In this document: positions 38,056 through 50,353 of the stretch, one piece after another | How the letters are laid out: every line of letters starts with the position of its first letter | Position numbering within the stretch: position 1 is the stretch's first letter | From: Mobula hypostoma | Lineage: Eukaryota | NCBI RefSeq assembly: GCF_963921235.1 | Contig: NC_086109.1 | Span: forward strand, 37,946,001-38,010,000 | Direction: 5' to 3' | Length of the DNA stretch: 64,000 bases | The notes under the pieces: generated by a model | The model's database searches: none | What the model was told of the DNA's origin: nothing | The model's input: the letters and a program-made list of their open reading frames with translations, nothing else | Program-made: the position numbers and the translations under genes

Positions 38056-38869
38056 TAAAGTGTTATGAAAGGACTGCAATCTTTAAATGCTTACACTTCA
38101 AGGATGGCTGTTCTTTCTGCTCTGTACTTTTTCTTGGGGGCCAAAGGAAAAGTAGATGAAGTCTTCTCTCCTTGGGTGTAGAATTTTTGCTGGTTGCTCA
38201 AAAGCAGCAGTGAGGTGTGGCAGCGATAAGCAACACCTTGGAATGATGCTAGGGCTTGGAAGCCAAGTGTGTTCATGACTTTGACTATGACCTCCATCAT
38301 TAATGCAATCATGCTGCACATGTGAGATAGTAGCTGGGGGTGCAAGAGGGTGCTGGCATTAGAAAGGGTCCAGAGGAGGTTTATAGAGTGGTTCTGGAAA
38401 TGAAAGAGTTAACATAGGAGGAGATTTTTAATAGCTCTGGGCCTGTAATGCTGAAGTACAGGAGATGAAGCCGGGGGGAGGGGGGGGGGTGGCGCGATCT
38501 TTTGCATCAACCTTCAAACAGCACGGTTTCACGATAAAGTGGGTGAGTACATATGAAATGTTGCTTATCAGGTCAGTGAGAGCAAAAATTATGTTATTTA
38601 ATTTCTGCCAACTAAGTTTGCTGCAATTTCAGTATCATCTCCATGCCAGATTCGTCAATGACGCCAAGGCATGGACGCAGATTTTATCAGAAATTATTGG
38701 TGAAACAGCCAACATTTCCCTGTATTATTGCTAGCAGCTTCAAAATTTCTGCCCATACATCGGCAAATATAGAAATCCATTAACAGCCGTCAATCGTCAC
38801 CGGCATTTTGATGATTGTGCTCCAGTTTTGGACTCCTCGTGATATTTAGCATGGAGATTTGCACAAATC

Positions 38870-39165
38870 AGCACTGCATGCTCAGAGCCTCAGCTTCAGT
38901 GACCTAGGCGGAATCGTTATCTCAAAGCTGTATTATGAACTTTGTGTGCTCTCCCTATGACCATGTGATGTTCTGATTTTCTCCCACATCCAAGACACGA
39001 AAGCTAGTAGGTTAATTGGCCACTATAAATTACCCTAAATGTGTTGCTGAGTGGTAGATTCTGTTTGGAGCTGATGGAAATAGAATTATTAGAAATGGGC
39101 ACGAGGGTCAGCATGAATTCGATAAATGAAGTGCCTGTTTCTGCATGATGTGACTCTATGACTCA
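38870..39165 (+). mobile_element. Degenerate V-SINE with CR1-type tail (HE1-like)
   Basis: TTCTCCCACATCCAAGAC, GGTTAATTGGCCACTATAAATTACCC, tail GACTCTATGACTC. Confidence 0.55.
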
Positions 39166-40395
39166 TTGTTAAGTTGCTTTGCCAGGTTAGACTTCCTCAT
39201 TGATCAATGGAGATGACTAGCTGTGAGAGATTGAGGCTGATACTGCTGAATGTAGAGTTTTTTCAATTGTCTGTGTATTCTTAAGCATTTTAAGTGATTT
39301 TAGATAAGTAATATTTATAAAGTTTGTGGTCAGTTGTAACAATTCTTAAATACAGTAGTCTGTTTTGAATGTTTATACAAGTCTGGAAAATTCTGAAATA
39401 TTCAGACTTTGACATTTGATGTCATATCAGAGAGAGGCTAGCCAGTTGTCAAAGCTTACTTCGCGCTGATTTAAGGATAGCCCTACTTTAGTTCTATACG
39501 CATTCTTATCACAGCTTAGAAGGTCCTTTTGATATCCAAAGCCTAGCCACAGGGGGCAAAAAATAATTAGTTAACATAATAATCAGAATGTTTCCCAAAA
39601 CTTGCACTTTCAAAGTGATTGAGGATAGAGAAGCTCCACTTTTTTAAAAAATTGACTGGAAAATACAAAATAATGCTGAAATTCATATCTTCCAATCAAG
39701 AAATATTTTTAATGTGCGGCCTATTGTTACAGGGCTTCACTAATTCAATTATAAGTCACTGCTAGCTATCTTAATAAATGTAGTGGGAGTTCAAGCTTTT
39801 TTCAATATTCCTTAAAAATGTGGAAAACTGTTGAGAACTAAACTGAAATATAATACTTCATAGCAATGCCCTCGTGTTGCAAATATTATAACCACATTGT
39901 GAGATTTTTACCACATAATTCCAGCTATGACAGATAAATCCTGCAGCTGTTGTCAAGAACCGCTTATCAGTTGATGAATTTGATGGTTCATTTTCTAATG
40001 GTAGTGCTTGTACGTTAATAAAACCCGCTCAACTTCAAATCTTGCTGATTTTCTTAAAAAGATAATCAGATCAACATTTTTCATGATGAGCTTTGATTTT
40101 ATCACAACTACAAAAGGAATCTAAGCCCTAAAATTACCCAGTAATATTACTATCTGAGTGTTTAATATGTTCAGAAACCGGGCTAGAAACATAGTTACAT
40201 ACCAAATATCTTTCTTCTGTGTTATACACAGAATTCTCAAAGTTGCAATGTGATGGTTAAATGCAAATTAAATCCTTATGCATGATGGAAGATCATATCT
40301 CCATATTCGATGTTAACAATAGAGGTTGCTGGCATGCAGTAATGGTATTAACTGGAGTGCAGGGAATTTTATGTCATTGCTGCAAGAAGAAATAC

Positions 40396-40665
40396 ATTAT
40401 TTATTTATTTATTTATTGAGCTATAACACAGAACAGGCCCTTCCTGCCCTTCGGGCTGTGGTGCCCAACTCCGCCCCCCCGCCCACCGATTTAACCCTAG
40501 CCCAACCACAAGACAATTTACAATGACCAATTAACCTACCATGTCTTTGGACTGTGGGAGAAAATTGGAGCACCCAGAGGAAATCCACATGGTCATGGGG
40601 AGAATGTATAAACACCTTACAGACAGCAGTGGGAATTGAACCCGGGTTGTGCTAACCACTATGCT
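40396..40665 (-). mobile_element. tRNA-derived V-SINE
   Basis: Homologous to 33012-33290; B-box GGGTTCAATTCCC on minus. Confidence 0.82.
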
Positions 40666-40758
40666 TCATGAAAAGAATAATTCTCACTGCAAGCAATCTT
40701 TAACGGGAGGAAGAAGGAATGATTAAACAGAGCTTTGATTTCATGCTTCCATATGACA

Positions 40759-41180
40759 TACACTCAGCAGCCACTTTATTAGGTACACCTATACACCCTC
40801 TCGTTAATGCAAAGATCTAATCAGCCTGTCATGTGGCAGCAACTCAATGCATAAAAACATGTAGGCATGATCGACAGATTCAGCTGTTATTCAGACTAAA
40901 CATCAGCATGTGGAAGAAATTTGATCTAAGTGACTTTGATCATGAAAACATTGCTGGTGCCAGATGGGGTGGTTTGAGTATCTCAAAAACTGCAGATCTC
41001 CTGGGATTTTTAAGCAGAACTGTCTCTGTTTATGGAGAATGGTGTGAAAAAACAAAAGGCATCCAGTGAGCAGAAGTTCTGTGACTGAAAATGTCTTGTT
41101 AATTAGAGAGGTCAGAGGAGAAGGGCCAGACTGTTTCAGGCTGACAAGAAGGTAACAGCAACGCAAATAACCACATGTTG
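40759..41180 (+). mobile_element. Tc1-derived element, left part
   Basis: TA + CACTCAG..CCACTTTATTAGG terminus; N-terminal transposase helix-turn-helix DLSDFD..IAGARWGGLSISKTADLLGF. Confidence 0.8.
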
Positions 41181-41408
41181 AAATGAGTCAATATGACAGA
41201 ACTCCTTACCTTTCTGGTCTGTTTTAATGGATAATCAATAGCCTAGCACATTTCTGAAAATCTGAATCCAGAAAATACGTTACAGGTTGGGGGGGTGGCG
41301 GATTTTTTTCTTTTAGATTTAGTACATAGCAAGATTTTTCACAGTAACATGGTCATTTTGTGACCCTCAGTTGTTTAACAAATTCAAATTACTGAACTAA
41401 CTGAATTA

Positions 41409-41738
41409 CGAGGGGTGATTGATAAGTTCGTGGCCTAAGCTAGAAGGAGATGAGTTATACAGCTCTCGTTACATGCACGTGCAGTTCAACACTTTGAGTG
41501 AAAATGCAGAAAGTTTGAAGTTTCTCCTCATCTCCTTCTACTTTAGGCCACAAACTTATCCATCACCCCTGCTGTGGACCGCTTCCTGGATTTCCAAAAC
41601 GCAGACTTCTGCAAAGAAGGGATCCGTATGGTCCACAACTGCTGAACTAAGTGTGTAAATGTAGGAAAAATAAATGTGCTAGGTTTTCTAAAATTGACTC
41701 CTTCTACCTTAGGCCATTAACTTATCAATCACCCCTCA
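41409..41738 (+). mobile_element. Mariner MITE with ~41-bp TIRs and TA TSD
   Basis: TA-CGAGGGGTGATTGATAAGTTCGTGGCCTAAG at the left, CTTAGGCCATTAACTTATCAATCACCCCTCA-TA at the right; remnant of the transposase C-terminus (GIRM..TKCVNVG) at ~41620-41668. Confidence 0.9.
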
Positions 41739-44094
41739 TAAAGTTCTTGTTGGGATTTGTCTCGTGCCTTCTAACGACTAAGAAACAATGGAAGAAAATG
41801 TGATGCATGGCGGCTTGGTTTAACTATGAGATCATAAACAGGATGCAGATGAAGTGCTTGACTGTAAAGAATTGTTGATTCTGTATATAAAGTAGATGTG
41901 TGACATCAACTTGTCTCGTAAATAATCCAGATCATAATTATGTGTCCTCATCATAGTAAAAATGTTCTGAAATTGAATTGTTTGAGCCAGAAGAATAAGG
42001 TAATAGAATCTAAAGAGTGTGAGGAACGAACAGCTGCTACATTTAAAATAGTTAGCCGAATTCTAAATTTATCTCTTGAGACTTGAAATTTGGCTTGTCA
42101 TAAAGTCCAATCATTTTTATTCAGATAAATGTTTCTAGTTTTAATTGATATTTTAATTAATTCATAAATTTAAAGTTTCCCATTCCCAGACCTAGTACTC
42201 TCGGAGGATGGGACAGTGAGGGCTGTGAATATCTTTACAGCTGCTGTCAATGCCTATAGGGAAAACAAAACAAGAGAAAGAGATGGGAAATGCTACTTCC
42301 CCTTCCCCTGCAATGGAATACTACACCTCTGAGAAGCACCTTCCCAAGTGGTTCAGCTGAGTCAGCCCTGGAGGCACAAGATTCAAGTATCAGGGCGAAT
42401 CAAGACTTGAACCCACAACATCCTGGGCAGGGAGTCAAGTACTCAATTGCCTGAGGTGCCAGGTCATATCAGAAGAATCCTCTTAACTCCCTTTGTTCTT
42501 GGAATTAGTTTAAAAACAAAACTTCTGAAATATGTTTTCAATGTAACTTGCATTCTCTTTCAGAACCATACACATTGAACAAAACAGACAGTTTAATAAA
42601 ATTACCACCAAAATCACTATATTCAATAATGTAAAGTAGAAATCAAAAATAGGGAATTCAAGCAGTAATATCTGTAGATATGGCCTTTCAACTTTTGATT
42701 GCAGTATTTAATTTATAACATTTCTGCATGTAGTTTCTAACTAATAAGCAACATACTTAAATGATAATTAAGTACAGAGTTGAAGTGGCATGGAAGTGGT
42801 AAACTTTAAATATTCTGCTTATTCTGAATTAGATTGTTGTCCAAAAAAGAACTGGTTTAGATTTGCTGAGGTATATTTTAATGCTAAATATTATACAATA
42901 AAACAGTTCTGGTTACTGAAAATTAGTAGTTTTTTTCCCACAAAACTAATGGAAGCAGCCTATTGTATGTCACATTCAGTAAGCAATTGCTACCTTCACC
43001 TAATGGATTATTATAAAGAAGCAATGTGGTATATTTAATTTTCTTCAAGATATATTTGCTCATACTTTGTACAACATAAAAACAACGTATTTTATATATG
43101 ACTAACAATTCTGTCCGTTGGATTCAGACTGGTTGGTTTAGGTTATATCAAGTTACATGTCTCTTAACCACTGTCTTTTCTGAAGGTATTGAAGTCAAGG
43201 CTGAGTTAATATTTTGGGAAAATATTGAAATTTAAAGTATGTGATTGTTAGTCATTTTCACAGCATCATGCATCAGAATGATACAATACTTGCAAAAGAT
43301 TGTGACCCACAAGGTGATACTCATGAATGTAACAGACAGAGATAATAGGATAATGCTTATATTAAGACACCAACCATTTTCATCAAGGATAATAAACACA
43401 ATCAAAAGCAAATGTCATAAAATCTCTTCACAATATATCTATTATGCAAAGAAGGCTGTTTGAGATTTTTAATCTAAAGCACGTATCTCTTATACACCTT
43501 TGTAAAACTTGCTATTGAAAGGAAATCTTTCCATTACTGCTGCATGCGAAACCTGCCTTAATGTTACTTGTCAGTTCTGGCAGTGAAAACCTGGTCAGCC
43601 ATGAAATCTGATTTATTTCTGGGATTCCTCATGGCAGATATAAATGGGAATGACTGCTAACATTATTCTCCCTATAGAAGCAACTATCAATTGGAAGCCT
43701 TGGTGATAGAGATGAACTCCCCCACTGGCAAACTGACACTTCTCAAATCAGAAATGTTTATAATGAATCCTCAAAAATAATAGAAAATGATAATTTCTGG
43801 ACCAATTTCCCTCTCATATGAAACCTTGTTTCAGTTATTTTCAGACTTGCAACCTATTTTCAAAAGTTGTGGGGATTTTGTGGTTGGTCAACAAAGCAGC
43901 TTGTCAACATTTTCAGGTTAATGCATTCAAGACGTTGGAGCTCTTTTGGAGAAAAACAGATCATGCTCACCGACATGAGATAACACTGTAAAACATGTAA
44001 GGAGACAACAACCAGAGCTTTGTATCATATGAGTGATAGTCTACGTACCTCATTTCATGAACTCAACATTATTCTCAATATTCCTAACCACAGA

Positions 44095-44408
44095 CTCTCC
44101 AGGCAGAAGATATAAAAGCTTGAAAGCATGTAGCACCAAGCACAGGGACAGCTTCTATCCCACTGTTATCAGACTCTTAAATGGGCTTCTTGTACCATAA
44201 GATTGTCTCTTCTCAATCTACCTCATTATGATCTACAAATCATTTACTTGCATTAAACTTTTTGGGTAGCTTTTACACTTTATTCTGCCTTGGTATTGCT
44301 TTACCTTATTCTATCTTAATACACTGTCTAATGACCTAATCTGTAGGAACTATATGCAAGGCAAACTTTTCACTGTATCTTGGTACAAGTGACAATAATA
44401 AATCAATA
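44095..44408 (+). mobile_element. Rex1/Babar 3' fragment
   Basis: GRRYKSLK..DSFYPTVIRLLN, then a UTR ending GTGACAATAATAAA. Confidence 0.7.
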
Positions 44409-46762
44409 ATAGAACACTATTTTACCCAGACTCAATCATTCCCATAATGTTTCAAATAAATTTGGATTCAAAATTTTGATAGACGGTTAAGAACATGATT
44501 GAAATCGTTATAGTAAAGATCCTACTTAACAATAAATTCTGTGTCAATCTTACTGAATATTATTAAGATATGCAGTCTTAAAGAGGCACATATCAACGCA
44601 TGGAAAAACTCTGTAAGCATTTTACACAGTATAACATTGTAAAACCTTAACACAACAGCTCAAAGTAGCTACAAATCTGCAGACGTTTGATGGTTATATT
44701 AGCATTGATTCTTATCCTCACTTCAGTTCCTTTAAATATTTCAAATTATGTAAAATAATATGTTCCTGGCTTTTTATAAGTAGCCATTTGAAATGAATGC
44801 TGTAAAAATTTGTTTTCTACTTGCGCTCGAAATTTCATGTTCCATGCAGCCTCTGCAATCGCCTAACCAGCCTTTGAAAGGAAGATGCCATAATTATGCT
44901 TTGTACAAGGCAGTGCTCCTCTCCTGATGAAACAGGCATCAGCTGTCCATTAACATGACATGTATATAGCATACATCCACTGCATCATAATTCCAAATGT
45001 CCAGATATCAAAATATTATTTAATTACTCCATTCATTAACCCCCAAAATAAAGTACCATTGAATTAGCAAATAAAACAAATTCTCCTTAGAACATTTGCT
45101 TTTGTTTAAATTTTTCATATACCGGGCATATTTTGAAGTGCCGTTATCAATGTAAATGCTGGCTGATACTTGAGTGTGTGTGCCAGAGATGGGAAAAACA
45201 CAGTATGTGATGCATAGCTGAAGCTTTCAGCAGCAGTTGTGATGATTAAAATATCAGCATTCACGATCATTACCCCTGTGAAATCGACAGCAATTCTGGA
45301 ATTTCTGCACATATGTAGTTTAAAGCATTCAGTGATTTGGATGGCAGTGTTTCATTCTGCTTCATAGGCAGTGCCGTTTGTAGCCTTCTCCAGTAGATTT
45401 ACGGGACTAAGATGAATTTATGCCATTTACAAACCCATTCAGCTGGGAAATACCAAGAAAATCTCAGTTTTGTTTTGTGAGGTTTGGAAGATTTTAATGT
45501 CATATAAAGACATAATTACTGCCACACAAATGCTGTAACATGGTTGTAAAATAATTACTTGTTTGTAGTTTCTGAATTAAGTATTTGGCTTTAAGAAGCA
45601 AATTTATGTGTTTATAATTCCTCTGAATTCCAAACTTTATTTATCACTGCATAATTTTCAAAGGGCTGGTTAATACTTGAGAGATTATTTTATGAATGTT
45701 TTCATGTGATTGGTTGCTTGACCTACTTAGTGTCATCACTGTAGAGGCTGCCAGTGATCCCTCTGATGTGACGACATCAAGAAAGGGCAAGTTTTCACAC
45801 AAGAGCTATTCTTCCAAAGATCTGTGATGCTTTGTCACTGACCGGAGATACAGAGTTAAAACAATCAATTTGATCAATAGGTTTGAATCTCTAGAACAAC
45901 CCGAAGAGAGAGATGAAATTGGATAGGAAGATCACAGTGTAAGTCAGAGTAAAACTTCGTACATGTAGAGGGGTGCAGCATTGTCTTATTTTTAAGCATT
46001 ATCAGAGTTCTGATCTAGCTCTATAGTTTGGGATGGGTTTATTTTTTCTGGGCTGCTTGAGGAACTGATATTTAGATTGGAGTCACAGAAGGATGTTTAT
46101 GAAGTACTTTAGTGGCAGCCGAGATCATTTTGTCTGGCATCAATCAGCCAAACCCAGCCCATGGGGAATGAGTAAATTGCATGCATCTTAAATAAGTCAT
46201 GCAAACCTACTGTAAATATGAAGGAAAGAATCCTCTTATGTGCTTCAGAACTAATGGCACAAGGTTTTAGGAGAAAGAAAGGCAAATGATTTGCATCTTG
46301 AACATCATCCTTAAATTTTTAGATTAATAGCATCACAACTATTGCATCCATGAGACGTTTCACTTTCTGTACCGATAAAGTGTGATGCTTTTCTTTTGAA
46401 TTAGTGGTCATTTGGTAGAATAGCTAAAATATATTCTTTCTTTCCCATGACACGCTTTTGCAATTCATCATAAAGAGCATCTTCACATCAGCATTACTGT
46501 TTGGTTTGGCACAGCTTCCTCTCCCAATATACAAAAACTGCAGCGAGCTGTCAGGTCAGCAAAAAAGGTCATTGGCTGCAGTGTCCAGGACAAAAACATG
46601 AGAGCCTTTTCCAAAAGCCCCTTCTGGAAAATGCTATAGGGGTATCAAACAAACACTTCATGCCATCTTAAAAGTTTCTTCCCTCAAGCAGTTAATATCA
46701 GCCATTCTAGTTGCCACCCTGCTTCCTCGATCTATTACCTCAGTCACTGCACTGCATTGTGA

Positions 46763-47020
46763 AGACCATAAAACACAGGAGCTGAATTAGGCCATTCAGC
46801 CAATCAAATGTGCTCTGCCATTCCATATGTCTTATTTACTATCTTTCTCAAACGCATTCTCCTGCTTTCTCCCTGGAACCTTTAACGCCCTTACTAATCA
46901 AGAACCTATCAACATCTGCTTTAAATATACCCAATGACTTGGCTCCACAGCTGTCATTGGCGATGAATTCTACAGATTCACCACCCTGTGGCTAAGGAAA
47001 TTCCTCCTCATCTCTGTTCG
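46763..47020 (-). mobile_element. CR1 3' fragment
   Basis: Homologous to 34061-34322. Confidence 0.8.
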
Positions 47021-47215
47021 AAATACTTTAAACCACTTTTTATAATACTGTTTAAATTGTAGATACATGCAAGTAATTATGTATTTATGTACATTTTATT
47101 CCATAATTGTACTTTAACCTCGAAGTTTATGTTTATATAATTCTTTATTCTTCTAATTGTTGGGTGTTGCATTTTGCTGCATGTCGCAGCAACACGCCAC
47201 AGCAAATTGCTAATA

Positions 47216-49367
47216 CAGTATATTCCAATTAATCAGGCCATCGGTTAATCTGGGCAGCCACTTATTTGGGGCAACTCTTAAAGAACAAAAACTAATTGAG
47301 AAAATAGGTATGATTCCTTTTGTTTATTTAGGGCACTATGCAATTTAATTAGGACAGGAAATTGCTGCAGAATACTTTCTAACCAACATCAGTTGCATGC
47401 AATTGTGTGGCCATTAAATTGTGTGGACACTACACCATGCTTGAGCAAACAGTTTTGAAATAGTCAAACACAAGGAAATCTGCAGATGCTGGAATTTCAA
47501 GCAACACACATAAAAGTTACTGGTGAACGCAGCAGGCCAGGCAGCATCTCCAGGAAGAGGTACAGTCGATGTTTCAGGCCGAGACCCTTCGTCAGGACTA
47601 ACTGAAAGAAGAGCTAGTAAGAGATTTGAAAGTGGGAGGGGGAGGGGGAGATCCAAAATGATAGGAGAAGACAGCAGGGGGAGGGATGGAGCCAAGAGCT
47701 GGACAGGTGATTGCCAAAAGGGATACGAGAGGATCATGGGACAGGAGGCCCAGGGAGAAAGAAAAGGGAGGTGGGGGGAGAAAACCCAGAGGATGGGCAA
47801 GGGGTATAGTGAGAGGGACAGAGGGAGAAAAAGGAGAGAGAGCGAAAGAATGTGTGTATATAAATAAATAATTAACAGATGGGGTACAAAGGGGAGGTGG
47901 GGCATTAGTGGAAGTTAGTGAAGTCAATGTTCATGCCATCAGGTTGGAGGCTGCCCAGACGGAATATAAGGTGTTGTTCCTCCAACCTGAGTGTGGTTTC
48001 TTCTTTACAGTAGAGGAGGCCATGGATAGACATATCAGAATGGGAATGGGACATGGCACTGGGAGATCCTGCTTTCTCTGGTGGACAGAGTGTAGGTGTT
48101 CAGTGAAACGATCTCCCAGTCTGTGTCAGGTCTCGCCAAGATATATAGGCCACATCGGGAGCACCGGACGCAGTATATCACCCCAGCTGACTCACAGGTG
48201 AAGTGTCGCCTCACCTGGAAGGACTGTCTGGGGCCCTGAATGGTAGTGAGGAAGGAAGTGTAAGGGCATGTGTAGCACTTGTTCCACTTACAAGGATAAG
48301 TGCCAGGAGGGAGATCAGTGGGGAGGAATGGGGAGAACGAATGGACAAGGGAGTCGCATAGGGAGCAATCCCTGTGGAAAGCGGGGCGGGGGGGGTGGAG
48401 GGAAAGATGTGCTTAGTGGTGGGATCCCGTTGGAGGTGGCAGAAGTTACAGAGAATTATATGTTGGACCCGGAGGCTGGTGGGGTGGTAGGTGAGGACAA
48501 GGGGAACCCTATTCCTAGTGGGGTGGTGGGAGGATGGAGTGAGAGCAGATGTGCGTGAAATGGGGGAGATGCATTTGACAGCACAGTTGATGATGGAGGA
48601 AGGAAAGCTCCTTTCTTTAAAAAAGGTGGACATCTCCTTCGTCCTGGAATGAAAAGCCTCATCGTGAGAGAAGATGCGGCAGAAATGGAGGAATTGCGAG
48701 AAGGGGATGGCATTTTTGCAAGAGACAGGGTGAGAAGAGGAATAGTCCAGATAGCTGTGAGAGTCATTAGGCTATAGTTTTGAAATAGTGTCAGTTGCAT
48801 GTGTTTGCGTTCAAAAACAGTGATTTTTGTCATTAAAATTGGTGAGATGTAAAAAAGAAAACAATTCAGAACTGTTTTGCCTACTGTAGTTTCAAGCATC
48901 CAGGTTTGGAGAAGGCAGAGGTGGCCGGGAGTGAAAATGATACAATTTCACTACTTCATCAAGTTAGGGACTACGAATAATTTGAATCCTGCCGATAATC
49001 AGCTTGAATTTTACAATAAAAATTAAGATTTGGAGGATGCAATTGTTGAAAGCATTATCTGCACTTGGTGTCTCCACTGTTTTTGTTCATCTAGTCAATC
49101 AAAAGAACACAGCAGCATACACTGGATGAATTCTTCCATCAATAACTATTAGGACCTAATAAACAGTTTATGGTACTGCAGTATTATTGGTAGTGTTCAA
49201 ATTTGTTCTATATTCCATTGAAATGCATAATTTGTTACTCAGTTAAATGGTACTTTATCTTTTTTATACCTTTTTTACCATTTCCATGAAAATTTAGCTA
49301 ATTGAGGCCTCTGTATTAAAATTTGCTTAATCAGGCCCCATGTGTCCCAATTAATCAGCATCCACTG
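47216..49367. mobile_element. Tigger/pogo-like non-autonomous DNA transposon, split by a PLE
   Basis: TA-CAGTATATTCCAATTAAT at the left, ATTAATCAGCATCCACTG-TA at the right; degenerate TIRs. Confidence 0.6.
47465..48775 (-). mobile_element. Penelope-like element, 5'-truncated (RT end, Cys linker, GIY-YIG endonuclease, terminal region)
   Basis: RVPLVLTYHP; GTYPCKWNKCYTCPY..FTCESAGVIYCVRCSRCGLYI/GET; 14-bp TSD AGTTTTGAAATAGT at 47451-47464 and 48776-48789; hammerhead motif at 47564-47599. Confidence 0.92.
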
Positions 49368-50353
49368 TATATGTAATTGTACAAGGCAAATAATGTTAAT
49401 CATTGAATCTTGATCTTATAACTATTGACAGTAAATTGACTACAGCAAGTGCGAAGAAAGTCACAGGCTTAGGCTACTCCAGGTACACATTGTAAATGAG
49501 ATTAACTGATACACAGATTTAAGTACAAAGGTAGTTAATTACATCCAGTCATGAACTATTACAATGGATTGATCTTGAATAAGGTAGAAATGTGTAATGA
49601 AGTAATGCAACCTGCTTAATAGTTCTGACTTCTTGATTCGGAGTAAAGGAAATAAGATCATTGGAGAAGAAAAATAGCAGGCAGCAGAAGAGGTAATCAA
49701 GGGAGATGGAAATTGGTGGTTCTGCTGGAGGAGGAGCACCAGCAGGATTGCTTGGATTGAAAGATTAGCAGATAGAAATGTTTGATAAGGAAATTGGTGG
49801 ATGGGGAGGCATGGTAGTTACGTGATCAGTATGTCAGGTGGAATGGGAGAAAGTTTGATAACTTTGGGATGGTATTGGGGATCACTGATGACATTGTGTT
49901 GGGGAGTGCTGATTAGTTGGTGAGACACTTGAGTGACAAAATTGCTTTGAGATGGACCCAGAGCAGAATCCACAGGTTTCAAACTGCCCTGACTGTTCCT
50001 GTTTAGGTCAAGCCTTAGCTGTATCCCAATGTTGCAAGCCTCACTGGACAGAGGCTCATGGACAGAGATGGCCACGGAGTGAGTGTACATTATGGAAATG
50101 GCATTCAAGTTGCACTACCCTAGAAGGCAGAGCAAATGTTTAAGTTCTGCTCCGCATTGTGCATCAGGAGTGTGCTGGACACAGAGAAAGAAAAATCACA
50201 GACTCCGTAAATCATTGAAGTTCCTGAGTAGGCAAAGATTACTTTTCATTGAAAATGAAACAATGAATGCTCAAAAATATGATGTCACATGAACACAGTT
50301 TTAGGCAATCACATGTTCAATTGTTTATAATATCTGAAGATGATTTGCAAATG

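Larger units (their letters stand above)
46475..49415 (+). mobile_element. Rex1/Babar 3' remnant hosting nested insertions
   Basis: ITVWFG..KLQRAVRSAKKVIG, PSGKCYR, SFFPQAV; the UTR resumes after 49369 and ends TGAATCTTGATCTT. Confidence 0.65.

Noticed and set aside
42200..42455. Possible minus-strand tRNA-SINE (B-box GGGTTCAAGTC at ~42404-42414)
   Set aside because: Body too diverged to assign.
9339..47867. Recurrent peptide MLVNAAGQAASLGRGTVDVSGRDPSSG suggesting a small gene family
   Set aside because: It is the antisense translation of the PLE terminal region containing the hammerhead motif.
49540..50090. Purine-rich tract, possibly an old L2 remnant (likewise 60000-60660)
   Set aside because: No diagnostic motif recoverable by eye.
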